This document shows, piece after piece, positions 11,635 through 21,973 of a stretch of 39,418 nucleotides of DNA; within the stretch, counting starts at the first letter, position 1; the number at the start of each line of letters is the position of its first letter. The translations under genes were made by a program, and so were the position numbers. The notes under the pieces were generated by a model. The model saw nothing but the letters and a program-made list of their open reading frames with translations, was not told the origin of the DNA and made no database searches. Source of the DNA: Octopus sinensis (Eukaryota). The stretch is from the NCBI RefSeq assembly GCF_006345805.1, contig NW_021835510.1, positions 1 through 39,418 on the forward strand, written 5' to 3'.

Positions 11635-11825
11635 TATCGTCATGATATACGACTAATCTTGGACATTTTGTACCTAGCCTAAGCCATCGTTCTCCAGCAG
11701 GGTGTCTGTCTTACTGCTGATTATTAGAGAGAAAGAGAGAGAGAGAAAAGGAGGGAGAGGGTTAATGACGATGGAGTGCCAAGTAGAGAAAAAAATGAGA
11801 ATGACACAAGTGTGTGTGTGTGTAG

Positions 11826-12000
11826 TATATAAAATCCGTTGTCTGTGTGTGTGTGTGTGTGTGTTCTAGGATCTCGGGCATCTTCCATCCGATTGCGCTC
11901 AAATTTGATATGTACATACCGACGGTATCGGGGCGTGTATAAATCTTGAAAAAATTACAAAAATCGATTCCAGGTGAGAATGCGATCGATGAAGCCATTT
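11826..12000 (+). mobile_element. Possible 5' fragment of a Helitron/Helentron-associated element
   Basis: TATATAAAATCCGTTGTCTGTGTG resembles the 5' end of the Helitron at 2032. It is followed by (GT)n and CCGATTGCGCTCAAATTTG. No 3' terminus was found. Confidence 0.3.
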
Positions 12001-12789
12001 TTGTCCTGCTTTTCTTCAGTCAACCTGTACATAACTGCACCTTCCATTTTTTGTTGTTCTTGTACTGCTTAAAGGCACGTTTCTTTCCTGCCAATTTTAC
12101 TGTTTAAACCATGTTTGTGTTCTCCCAGTCAACAGCCTTATCATTACTGGTACTTTAAACTCTTCGGTTGCATATTTGTGTGAATAAAATCGTTTTTCTT
12201 TGGAATAGAAAAAAAGTCTATCTTTATTTCTTCTTTTGCTGGTGTCTCAAATTCAGGTTAAATCAGTGTTTCTCAAAGGGGAGGCCTATGGGACGGTCAG
12301 ACAAGTTGTTTTGAGAAAATTTGGTTTAAATGTTTGACAACTCAGCACCGTCCATTGGACGGGGTGCGTTTTGCTCGTATATATGTATATATATATTGTC
12401 CCGAGACCATAAGATCAACAACAACAAAAAAGTACTCCATCTGGTGAGCGATAAATATCATTTAATAAATACAATATATGTTTTTATGTGCTACTATTAG
12501 TTTCATGTGCTGAGAGTATTCCAAACAGTGTTTATTAACACGTCTAGTGTCCTAGGACAATCATCAGGCACTCATATGGCACGTATATAACATGATCTAC
12601 TGTTTTACACCAGTGCACCGGATACCGCTCCACAGACTTCCCCTTGCACGAAGTCTGAATATTGATTCCGCAACAGAAGCTAGTAAAAGTGATGGTTGAA
12701 AGGTGGGTGGTAAAGGTATTGGAAGTGATGGGGGTAGGGAAAGTGGTGGTTGTGGGGGTGGCAGTGGTGGTTGGAATGAAGGTAACCGT

Positions 12790-13270
12790 AACTGTATGTG
12801 TGCATGGTGTACGTGCGTATGAGTGTGTGCGTATACGCGCGTATGTGTGAGAATATGAATGTGTGCATGTGCGAGCTTATGAGTGTGTGCGTGCGGGAGC
12901 GTATGAGTGTGCGCGCCTATGAGTGTGCGTGTGTATGAGTGTGCGTGCGTATGAGTGTGTGCGTGCGTATGAGTGTGTGCGTGCGTATGAGTGTGCGCGC
13001 CTATGAGTGTTCGTGCGTATGAGTGTATGCGTGTGTGCGTATGTGTGTGTGCAAGGGTGTGTTTACATGCGTAAGAGCGTGCGTGTGCGTAGTTCTGTGT
13101 GCATAATTGCGTGTGCGTACGAGGGTGTGTGTGCATGCGTAGGAGCGTGCGTGTGTGCGTGCGCTTGAGTGTGTGTGTGTGTGTGTTTAATGTGTGTATA
13201 CATATATGTGTGCATGTATGCGTATGTATACATATGCGTGTATATGTATACACGTGTGTGTGTGTGTGTG
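12790..13270. repeat. Complex (GT/GC/GTATGA) purine-pyrimidine alternating tract
   Basis: Read directly from the sequence. It accounts for the HT/CV-rich ORFs. Confidence 0.9.
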
Positions 13271-13983
13271 TAAGACGCGGCGGCAGTTTTAAGACGTAAA
13301 AGTGGAAGTTAATTGATGCTGACGAAAAATGTGACCGCACAAAGGTCACGAGTAATTTGAAAGGAAAGCCGAACCAGAAGGTGGTGGCAGGAGTGACGGT
13401 GGGAGTAGGGAATGACAAGGGGGGCGATGGTGTTACAACGTTAATGAGGGAGGTGGAGAGAGGTGACTGAACTGTGGTGTGTGTGTGTGGAGGGGTGAAG
13501 AGGGAGGGGCCAACTGAACTGGTGTGCATGGAGGGGTGGGCACGAAGAATGGAACGGGGTGTCTGGGGAGTTTGGAAGCGCCATGTAGAAAGTTGTAAAA
13601 GAAGTCTACGCCACCAGCACCACCACTTGCTTTGCTGATGGTGGTGGCGATGGTGGTGGCGTTGGGTGTTTTCGTAAAATATTGTGATGCAACATCAAAC
13701 TGACTATATACATTATATACGCATACATACAAGAGCGTATAATCGCCATGATTTCCCACGTTCTTTGTGTACAAATATATACTTTTATAGTTTTACATAG
13801 AAGTACGCGCGCGCGCATGTGTGCATATATATCTATATATACACACGCATACATATATAGACTTCCATCTATAGAGGCAAATGTTTATTTGTAATACATA
13901 TATGTATATATATCTTTGTATACATATAGTTCCAACTATATAGATGTTTTTGTATGTATATATACATTGCAGACACGCATATA

Positions 13984-14934
13984 CAGGGGTTAGACAAAAT
14001 AATGGAAACACCTAGCATCATAGCATCATAATTTTGAAATATCTATAAAACCGTCAAAATCTTGTTTATTTTAATGTTTTTTTATATATTTATTATGAGT
14101 GTTGCTTAATATGTTTTGCTAAATTTGCCATCAGAAAATGGTAATTAAAATTCATTAAAATTACAGAGCTATCGGACTTTCAAAGAAGTCAAATTGTTGG
14201 TGCTTGTATGGCAGGCGTTAGCGTAACGAAAGCAGCCGAAATGTTTGGTGAATCAAGAAGTACTGTCTCGAAAGTAATGGCAGCCTTTGAGAAAGAGGGG
14301 AAAACCTCGTCGAAACAAAACTCTGGAATAAAACCAAAATTTTCAAATAGGAACCGTCGGATTCTTACGCGAATTGTTAAAAAAGATCACAAAAGTGCAG
14401 CTTCCAAAATTACTGCAGAGCTTAATGACCACCTCAAGAACACAGCACAGTTTCTACAAAAACTGTTCGTCTGGAGATACACAAAACCAGATTTCACAGG
14501 AGGGATGCAATCAGAAAACCACTACTTTCAAAAACAAACGTTGCAAAGTGTTTAGAGTAGAGTAAAAACCTACAGAATTGGTCCCTAGAATAGTGGAAGA
14601 AAGTTATTTTCTCGGACGAGTCATCCTTTACCTTATTTCCGACCACCGACCGAATATACGTCTGGAGACAACCAAAAGAAGCATTTGACCCAGATTGCCT
14701 TCTTCCAACTGTTAAAATGTGATGATCTGTGGCTATATCTTGGAAATCCGCCGGCCCAATGGTTTCCCTTCATGGCAGAATTAATAGTTAAGACTAAGCA
14801 TTTTATCTGATCAAATTCACCCTATGGTTGTGGAACTGTTTCCGGAGAGAAATGCAATCTTTCAAGATGATAATGCACCACTTCACACAGCTAAAGTTGT
14901 TACTGAATGACACGAGGAACATGCTAGCGAAGTT
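13984..14934 (+). mobile_element. Tc1-family DNA transposon, 3'-truncated
   Basis: Starts TA|CAGGGGTTAGACAAAATAATGGAAACACC (left TIR), followed by transposase remnants. No right TIR was seen. Confidence 0.9.
14163..14934 (+). pseudogene. Tc1 (DD34E-type) transposase pseudogene
   Basis: Remnants: ELSDFQRSQIVG...RSTVSKV (paired-like HTH), RKPLLSK, W.KVIFSDES (first D at 14615) and IFQDDNAPLHTAK (second D at 14866). It has stops and frameshifts, and the SPDLNPIE segment is missing. Confidence 0.9.
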
Positions 14935-15054
14935 ATGGGGGCAAAAGCCATAACTACTGCCCCCTTTTCTTCATACCCAGCAAATTAAGATCCAACGGCA
15001 TACTGGGGATCGTTGGAGGGGTCATTTCTTTTAAGAAGCGACTAATAAGAACTG

Positions 15055-15330
15055 GGGTCGATTTGTTCCACCCCTGTACTTGCTTTGTTATCTTGGACTC
15101 TTTTGGGAAACCGCTAAATTACAGGGACAAACCAACACCAGTTGTGAAGCTGTGGTAGAGATGCACGACGGACTTCCACACAGTTTCCGTCTTCCAAATT
15201 CATTCAAAAGGCATTGGTTGGCCCAAGGTTATATATAAAAGATACTTCCCTAAGATGCCGCCACGCAGTGGGAACGAACCGGAAACCACGTGGTTGAAAA
15301 GCGAGCTTCTTAACCGCACAGCCATGTCTG
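15055..15330 (-). mobile_element. SINE family A, diverged copy
   Basis: CAGTTTCCGTC...CCACGCAGTGGGAACGAACC...CACAGCCATG is the reverse complement of family A. Confidence 0.75.
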
Positions 15331-15404
15331 CACATATTTACCAATTTATTTTTCATCAAGACCGGTGGTGGTGGTGGGGAGGTGACATAAAAAAAACAAA
15401 AAAA

Positions 15405-15505
15405 CAAAAATCGAAAGTTGACCTTTGGGATTTGAACTCAGATCGCCAAGAGCCGAAACAAATACCGCAATGCAGTTTGTTCGACGCAGTACCAACTCTC
15501 CTAAG
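15405..15505 (-). mobile_element. SINE family C head fragment
   Basis: AAAGTTGACC...GGATTTGAACTCAG...AAATACCGC matches the reverse complement of the family C head. Confidence 0.6.
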
Positions 15506-16110
15506 TTGCTTAAATACACTCAATACGCTCATAATAGATGTCTCCGACAAGTTCCAAAAGAACGATCTCGTGTTTTTACCCTGGAGACGATATCCACAGC
15601 AAATGCTAATAATAATGACGACGATGACGACGATAAATGACGACGGCGATAATAATGATGATAATAATAATAATGATGATGATAATGATGAAAAAATACT
15701 GATAATGTCTATCAAATTGTTCGTCGCTTTATATATCTTAATATCCGCTTCCTTCAGTTTTATATTTCATCTCTGTTGGCAGCATGGCATTTCAAACAGC
15801 TCACCAGGAACTAAATATTCGCCACCCACCCGGAATAGCGAACAATGAATACCTGACTGCATGCATCGATGTTTACCAAAGAATTTGTATATCTGGATAG
15901 ATATAGATTCGTCTACCTCTTTCTCCCTCTCGCTTGATATATATAATATATAGATACCTCTCTCTCTCTCTCTATGTATGTATATATATATATATAGAGA
16001 GAGAGAGAGTGAGAGAGCGTGTACTCGGGTGTTTGTGTGTGTGCGTGTGTATGCGTATGTATATTTATGCATATGTGTAAATACATGTGTATGTATATAT
16101 GCGTGTATGT

Positions 16111-16582
16111 GGCTACAAGCTACAGTAACATCCACCCTTAGTGGTTAGCCATCTTTAGACGGCAAATATACTTCACATTGTCGTGCAGTTACTGTTTATA
16201 CCTCGTTCAGAGATTTATTATTGCTTGTTTACACTTTTTCAAGATCAGTGACGAAATGTCACTGGAAAAAGGATATATGTATTTGCATTGGGACCCTTCC
16301 ATCGAAAACCGGTGATTGTCGTGCGCTGATGACGGGTCAATACCCAGAAACTCGAGTCCGTGCGTATCACGTAGGATGACGAAGGGAAGGATGGCTTCCA
16401 TTTACAAATACCAATAGGGCACAGAAAGTGTGTCAATAGCCAACTGGAGAAGATGTTCTCCTGGGGCTACAAGCTACAGTAACATCCACTCTCAGTTGTT
16501 AGCCACATTTAAGTGGCAAATATACTTCACGATGTCATGCAGCTACTGTTTACACCTCGTTCAGAGATTTATTATTGCTTGT
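16111..16582 (+). mobile_element. Retrozyme-like or Penelope terminal-repeat-like element: 1.33 copies of a 354-bp unit with one hammerhead
   Basis: Ungapped 118-bp direct repeats at 16111-16228 and 16465-16582 (13 mismatches, about 89% identical) enclose a type I HHR motif. No recognisable coding sequence. Confidence 0.65.
16312..16370 (+). ncRNA. Type I hammerhead ribozyme with a minimal palindromic stem III
   Basis: Stem I GUGAU/AUCAC plus CGUGCG/CGUGCG. Core CUGAUGA at 16326-32. Stem II GGGU-CAAU-ACCC, with a C·A mismatch at 10.1-11.1. GAAA at 16347-50. Stem III AC-UCGA-GU is a palindrome. GUC cleavage triplet at 16356-58. Confidence 0.8.
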
Positions 16583-17117
16583 ATATATAATTATAATAGA
16601 GAAATTAAGATACCCACAAAGCATATATTCTGCTTAAGCACATAAAGGTATCCAAACGCAAGTTCCCAAGCGACCATAACGGTGAAACGTACGTAGGAAC
16701 TAATATAAACTTAGTGTTTGTCATAATTTCTCCTCCATTTGCCCTGGATATCATAACCAGCAACACAAATAAGTACATGAGTAACCCCACTATACAGAAG
16801 CCAACAGCTGTCCCTAATATGGTGACAATTTTAAAAGTGGAAGACGACTCGATGAGAATAATCTACGTCAAGCTCTAAACAAAAAGGTAACACTCGCACA
16901 TGTGTTTGTTTACGCACAAGATATTTTATAACTCTGAGACAGTTACCTGTAATTTCATACAATAAAGTGTTCCCTCATGATCGGTCGTGGCTAAATATCT
17001 ATGAGTGCTTGGAAAAACTATTACAGGACTCTGGACAAAGAAAATGCTGAAACGCACGTAGGAAACTAAGTATAAGTTATCTCTCAATTCATATGTGTGT
17101 GTGTGTGTGTGTGTGTG

Positions 17118-17159
<42 letters not shown>

Positions 17160-17161
<2 letters not shown>

Positions 17162-17298
17162 CGTAGGAGTGGCTGTGTGGGAAGTAGCTTGCTTACGAAC
17201 CACATAGATCCGGGTTCAGTCCCACTGTGTGGCACCTTGGGCCGACCAAAGCCTTGTGAGTGGATTTGGTAAATGGAAACTGAAAGAAGCCCGTCGTG

Positions 17299-17333
<35 letters not shown>

Positions 17334-17541
17334 ATATGTTTGTGTGTCTGTGTTTGTTCCCCCCAACATCGCTTGACAACCGATGCTGGTGTGTTTACAT
17401 TTTCATAACTTAGCGGTTCGGTAAAAAGAGACCGATAGAATAAGTACTAGGCTTACAAAGAATAAGTCCTGGAGTTGATATCTTCGACTAAAACCGTTTA
17501 AGGTGGTGCTCCAGCATGGCCGCAGTCAACTGACAAACAAG
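17160..17541 (+). mobile_element. SINE family A copy inserted in (TA)n
   Basis: GGCGTAGGAGTGGCTGTGTGG head, internal (TA)n(TG)n and 3' CCAGCATGGCCGCAGTC. Confidence 0.9.
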
Positions 17542-17563
17542 AATATATATGTATTACACACAA

Positions 17564-17747
17564 AGGGGTTGTGAAAAGTCCCTGGGTTTGGGTGAAAGAA
17601 AATACAATTCAACATATTCCCTTCTCAGATTCACACATCGCAGCGGTCCTTCAGTTTTTCTAAACCCTATAAAAGGGTCTCGGAAGTTTAGGCCTTCAAC
17701 CAGGCCTTTCGCGAAATCCTTAAAGTCAGGAACTTCTCATCCACCCC
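17564..17747. mobile_element. Short mariner-derived MITE
   Basis: Degenerate TIRs AGGGGTTGTGAAAAGTCCCTGG and (rc) GGGGTGGATGAGAAGTTCCTGA. The internal minus strand reads GLEKLKDR, like a mariner transposase C-terminus. Confidence 0.55.
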
Positions 17748-17893
17748 ACTTTTCATCCACCCGTGTGTGAGTGCGCATGTGAGAGTACGTGTGAGAGTGC
17801 GTGTGCGAGTACGTGTGTGAGTGCGCGCGTGAGTGCCGGTGCGCGTGTGCATGCGTGTGAGTACGTATATATGTACCTATGTGTGTTACGTCA

Positions 17894-18035
17894 CTGCTTG
17901 ACAACCGGTGATGGTTTGTTTACGCCGCCGTAACTTAGTGGTTCGATAAAAGAGAAAGACAATAAGCGGCAGGCTTAAATTCTTCAAGGCGTTGTCCCAG
18001 CATGGCCACAGTCTTTTGGATGAAGCAAGTCAAAG
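17894..18035 (+). mobile_element. SINE family A, 3' fragment
   Basis: GCTTGACAACCG...TAACTTAGTGGTTCG...CCAGCATGGCCACAGTC. Confidence 0.7.
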
Positions 18036-18109
18036 CTAAAGGATACGCATGCGTGTCTTCCTTCCTTATTGAACGATCGCCTCTCCCCCACCCCTTCAAG
18101 CCCCATACG

Positions 18110-18133
18110 TCACACACACACCACACACACACA

Positions 18134-18178
<45 letters not shown>

Positions 18179-18412
18179 CACACACACACACACACACACA
18201 CAACACACACACAAACACACACACACACACACACACAACACCACAAACACACACACACACACACCACACACACACCACACACACACACCACACAAACACA
18301 CACACACACACACACACAACCACACACACACACACACAACACACACACACACCACACACACACACACACAACCACACACACACACACACACACAACCACA
18401 CACACAAACACA

Positions 18413-18462
<50 letters not shown>

Positions 18463-18941
18463 CTTAATGCTTGTTAATTGTTCCGTCACCCGTGACTCTT
18501 CTCTGCGTGTCCCATCTCTACTCATCCGTGAATGGCGTCTGTTTATGCGCGCACTTGCGTATGAATCTGCGTGTGAGATAGAGAGAGAGAGTACCGGTGT
18601 ATGTGTGTGTGTGTAAATGTGTGTATGTGTGTGTGCATGTGTGTGTGCATGTGTGTGTGCATGTGTGTGTGTGTGCATGTGTGTGTGTGTGCATGTGTGT
18701 GTGTGCGCATGTGTGTGTGTGTGCATGTGTGTGTGTGTGCATGTGTGTGTGTGTGCATGTGTGTGTGCGCATGTGTGTGTGTGTGCATGTGCGTGTGTAT
18801 GCGCATGTGCGTGTGTGCATGTGCGTGTGTGCGCGTGTGTGTGTGTGTGCGCATATGTTTATATGCGAATGCGTGTGTGCACCGGTATGTACGTTTCTGT
18901 GTGCTCTGTGTATGTGTGCACTGAGTACATATATGAATGTG

Positions 18942-18973
<32 letters not shown>

Positions 18974-19007
18974 TGTATGTATGTATGTATGTATGTATGT
19001 ATGAATG

Positions 19008-19041
<34 letters not shown>

Positions 19042-19195
19042 TGTATGCATACGTGTGCGCACGCGCGCGTATGCAGCCGTGTGTATGTGTGAGCATATGT
19101 TCACCCGTATGCATATGCTTGCGTGTATGCATCCGTGTGTGTGTGTGGTGTGCCTCCATATGTATGTGTGCGTGTATGCACCCGTCTCTGTGTGC
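18110..19195. repeat. Large microsatellite block: (CA)n 18110-18458, then (TG)/(TGCA)/(TATG)n 18597-19195
   Basis: Read directly from the sequence. Confidence 0.95.
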
Positions 19196-19239
19196 GCGCG
19201 GATATTTTTACACACTGTAGTGACGACATATCTAGCAAT

Positions 19240-19648
19240 ACCCCCACCAACATCACCCTCACCATCATCATCCTCCTCACCACCATCATCCTCACCATCA
19301 CCATCCCCCTCACCATCCTCACCATCATCATCCCCCTCACCCCCTCACCATCATCATCATCTTCACCATCATCATCATCACCCTCATCACCCTCACCATC
19401 ATCCTCACCATCATCATCCCCCTCACCATCATCATCACCACCATCATCATCACCACCATCATCATCCTCACCATCATCATCATCCCCCTCATCATCCTCA
19501 CCATCATCATCCTCCTCACCATCATCATCACCACCATCATCATCCTCACCACCATCATCATCCTCACCATCATCATCATCCCCTCATCATCCTCACCATC
19601 ATCATCATCACCATCATCACCACCACCATCATCCTCACCATCATCATA
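19240..19648. repeat. Mixed trinucleotide (CAT/CAC/CCT)n tract, ~410 bp
   Basis: Read directly from the sequence. Confidence 0.95.
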
Positions 19649-20566
19649 GCAGACAATATTTTTAACAGAGATTTTATAGACCCCAAGAGAGAGGAATGGG
19701 GGGGGGGAGTTGAAATGAAACGGGATTGCTGATCTGGTTAGTTTAAAACCGCAGTATATAACTGGTACTTACTCAAACGGCACCGCGATAGGGGTAGGGT
19801 GGGGTGAGGAAAGGGGCTCGAAATTAATTCTGGCGCCAATTGGTGACGATAATAATTATGGAAGCCAACAGCTGTCCCCTAAATATGGCGACTTTTTTGT
19901 TTTTAATAAAATAAAGATTTTCATGATAGTGACATAATGAAAAACACATACAAACACACAGACACACACACACACACACATATATATTCAGACACACACA
20001 CAGACAGATATATACAGACACACAAACACATCACACCCCATCAAAACCCTACAATCACTCAAATACACCCCCCCTTAGGAAAACACACATGCACCCCACA
20101 CAAAAAGACACGTTCGCACACAGACACACACACACGTACGCACCCCACAAGACACCACCCCCAAACAATAATCTCCTTCAAAACACAAGCGCCCCTCCCC
20201 TCAAACCCAAACGCCCCCACCACCACAGCCACAACTTAATGTGATTGAATTGATCAAATAAAATATATATTTTAATTAATTAATATTATGTAACTCATCC
20301 AATATTTGAGCTAATTAATAAATAAGGATTAATTCTGTAGCTGCTGCTGCTGATGACTGATACTGCGGTAGTGCTGAGGGTGGTGGTGGTGGTGGCTGTG
20401 GTGGTGGTGATGTTTGCGGAGGAGTCGGGTGGAGGAGGCGATGGTGATAACGATGGTGATGATAATGGTACCACAAATTAATAATGAAACTTAGTGTACA
20501 CGTGGATAAATATTATAAATTAGTTCGGTTTGCGTGGGTGTGTGAATATATAAGGCAGATATATAT

Positions 20567-20602
<36 letters not shown>

Positions 20603-21019
20603 CAGACACGTATGTGTACACACAGACATATGATTGGTGTATACACGTATAAAAGCTTATATATACACATACATATATACACACACACACACACATATAT
20701 ATATATACACACATATGCATATACACACATACGCATATACACACATACGCATATAGACATATACCCATAGACACATACACATATAGACACATACACACAT
20801 AGACACACATGTATACACACATATATATACACACACATATATGTATATATACATACATACATACAAGCCGGTCAGTTGTCAATAAGTTAGAAAGAGTACA
20901 TTTTAAAAGCAATTGTCTTCGAATATAATGTCCCCAGTTACGGCATAAAGCCAGTCAGCAATTTACCCTTGGTTTCGCGTATTTATTTCCATCAGTAAAG
21001 AAGCTGTGCACTTCGGGCC

Positions 21020-21101
21020 AGCATCTCTGATGAGTCGTCTATATTGTCCAGTGCAAGAGTAGGCGCGAAACCAATGGTAACTTTCTTACTTTCTAGATGC
21101 T
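21020..21101 (+). ncRNA. Degenerate type I hammerhead-like motif (third family)
   Basis: AGCAUCU-CUGAUGA (21027-33), stem II G(U)CGUCUAU/GUAGGCGC, GAAA (21067-70), stem III ACC-AAU-GGU and a GUA triplet. The 7-bp stem I partner AGAUGCU (21095-101) is displaced by a 15-nt insert. Confidence 0.5.
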
Positions 21102-21126
21102 AAAAACCAGGGATATACTACTCGAA

Positions 21127-21260
21127 TAACTTAGCGGTTCGGCGGAATTGATCGAAAGAATAAGTACTAGGCTTACAAAGAATATGTCCTGGGGTCGATT
21201 TGTTCGACTATAAAGCGGTGCTCCAGTACGGCGGCAGTCAAACGATTGAAACGAAGAAAA
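21127..21260 (+). mobile_element. SINE family A, 3' fragment
   Basis: TAACTTAGCGGTTCGG...GGGGTCGATTTGTTCGACT...GCGGTGCTCCAG. Confidence 0.8.
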
Positions 21261-21267
21261 AATATTC

Positions 21268-21599
21268 GTTTGTTTCAGTCATTTCATTGCGGTCATGCTG
21301 GAGCACCGCCTTATAGTCGACCCCAGGACTTATTCTTTGTAAGCTTAGTATTTATTCTATCGATCTCTTTCGCTGAACCGCTAACACACCAGCATCGGTT
21401 GTCAAGCGATGGTGGGCGATAAACACAGACATACACGACGGGCTTCTTTCAGTTTCCGTCTAGCAAATCCACTCACAAATCTTTGGTCGGCCCGAGACTA
21501 TAGTAGAAGACACTTGCCCAAGGTGCCACGCAGTGGGACTGAACCCGGAACCATGTAAGTTGGGAAGAAAGCTACTTACCACACAACCACTCCTGCGCC
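21268..21599 (-). mobile_element. SINE family A, full length
   Basis: The reverse complement starts GGCGCAGGAGTGG and contains the core and the 3' end. Confidence 0.9.
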
Positions 21600-21625
21600 T
21601 ACATGTAAATTTCTTCAAAATAGTT

Positions 21626-21722
21626 GTATTGACAGGGACTTCGAAATTTCGTCCTGCTAAGCCATCATCGGACAGTCGGATGATGACTTTGCTGGCCGAA
21701 ACTTCGAAGTCCCAATCAATAC
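21626..21722. other. 97-nt gap-free inverted repeat (pre-miRNA-like hairpin or palindromic MITE)
   Basis: Positions i and 43348-i pair Watson-Crick at 39 of 47 positions from 21626 to 21672, with a 3-nt loop. Confidence 0.8.
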
Positions 21723-21973
21723 TATTCTTGTTAAATAATAATAAACTTGTACTCTTAAAAGTATGGAGTAACCTAGTAACCTTCCAATTTAATGTAAAAT
21801 TATTTTTGTTAGCACTGAACATAAAAACAAACACGTCTCCCTCGCCACCCATATCCCCTACCACTTCCTTTTTCCGGTAAATTCAACATGTGCAACCGTT
21901 AATCCAGACAAGCTTTTTTGTGTTTTTTTTTTTGTTTTTTTACGTTTTCCCCTCTTTCTGACTGTGCTCTCCC

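Noticed and set aside
12263-12365. hAT-like start CAGTGTTTCTCAAA with a degenerate internal inverted repeat
   Set aside because: No matching right TIR or 8-bp TSD was found.
12530-12572. Minus-strand CUGAUGA followed by the palindrome UGUCCUAGGACA (possible fifth hammerhead)
   Set aside because: There is no GAAA after the stem and no stem I complement. At best it is an unrecoverable relic.
19791-19816. Potential G-quadruplex GGGG-TA-GGG-T-GGGG-N-GGGG
   Set aside because: An isolated short motif in low-complexity DNA, with no functional context.
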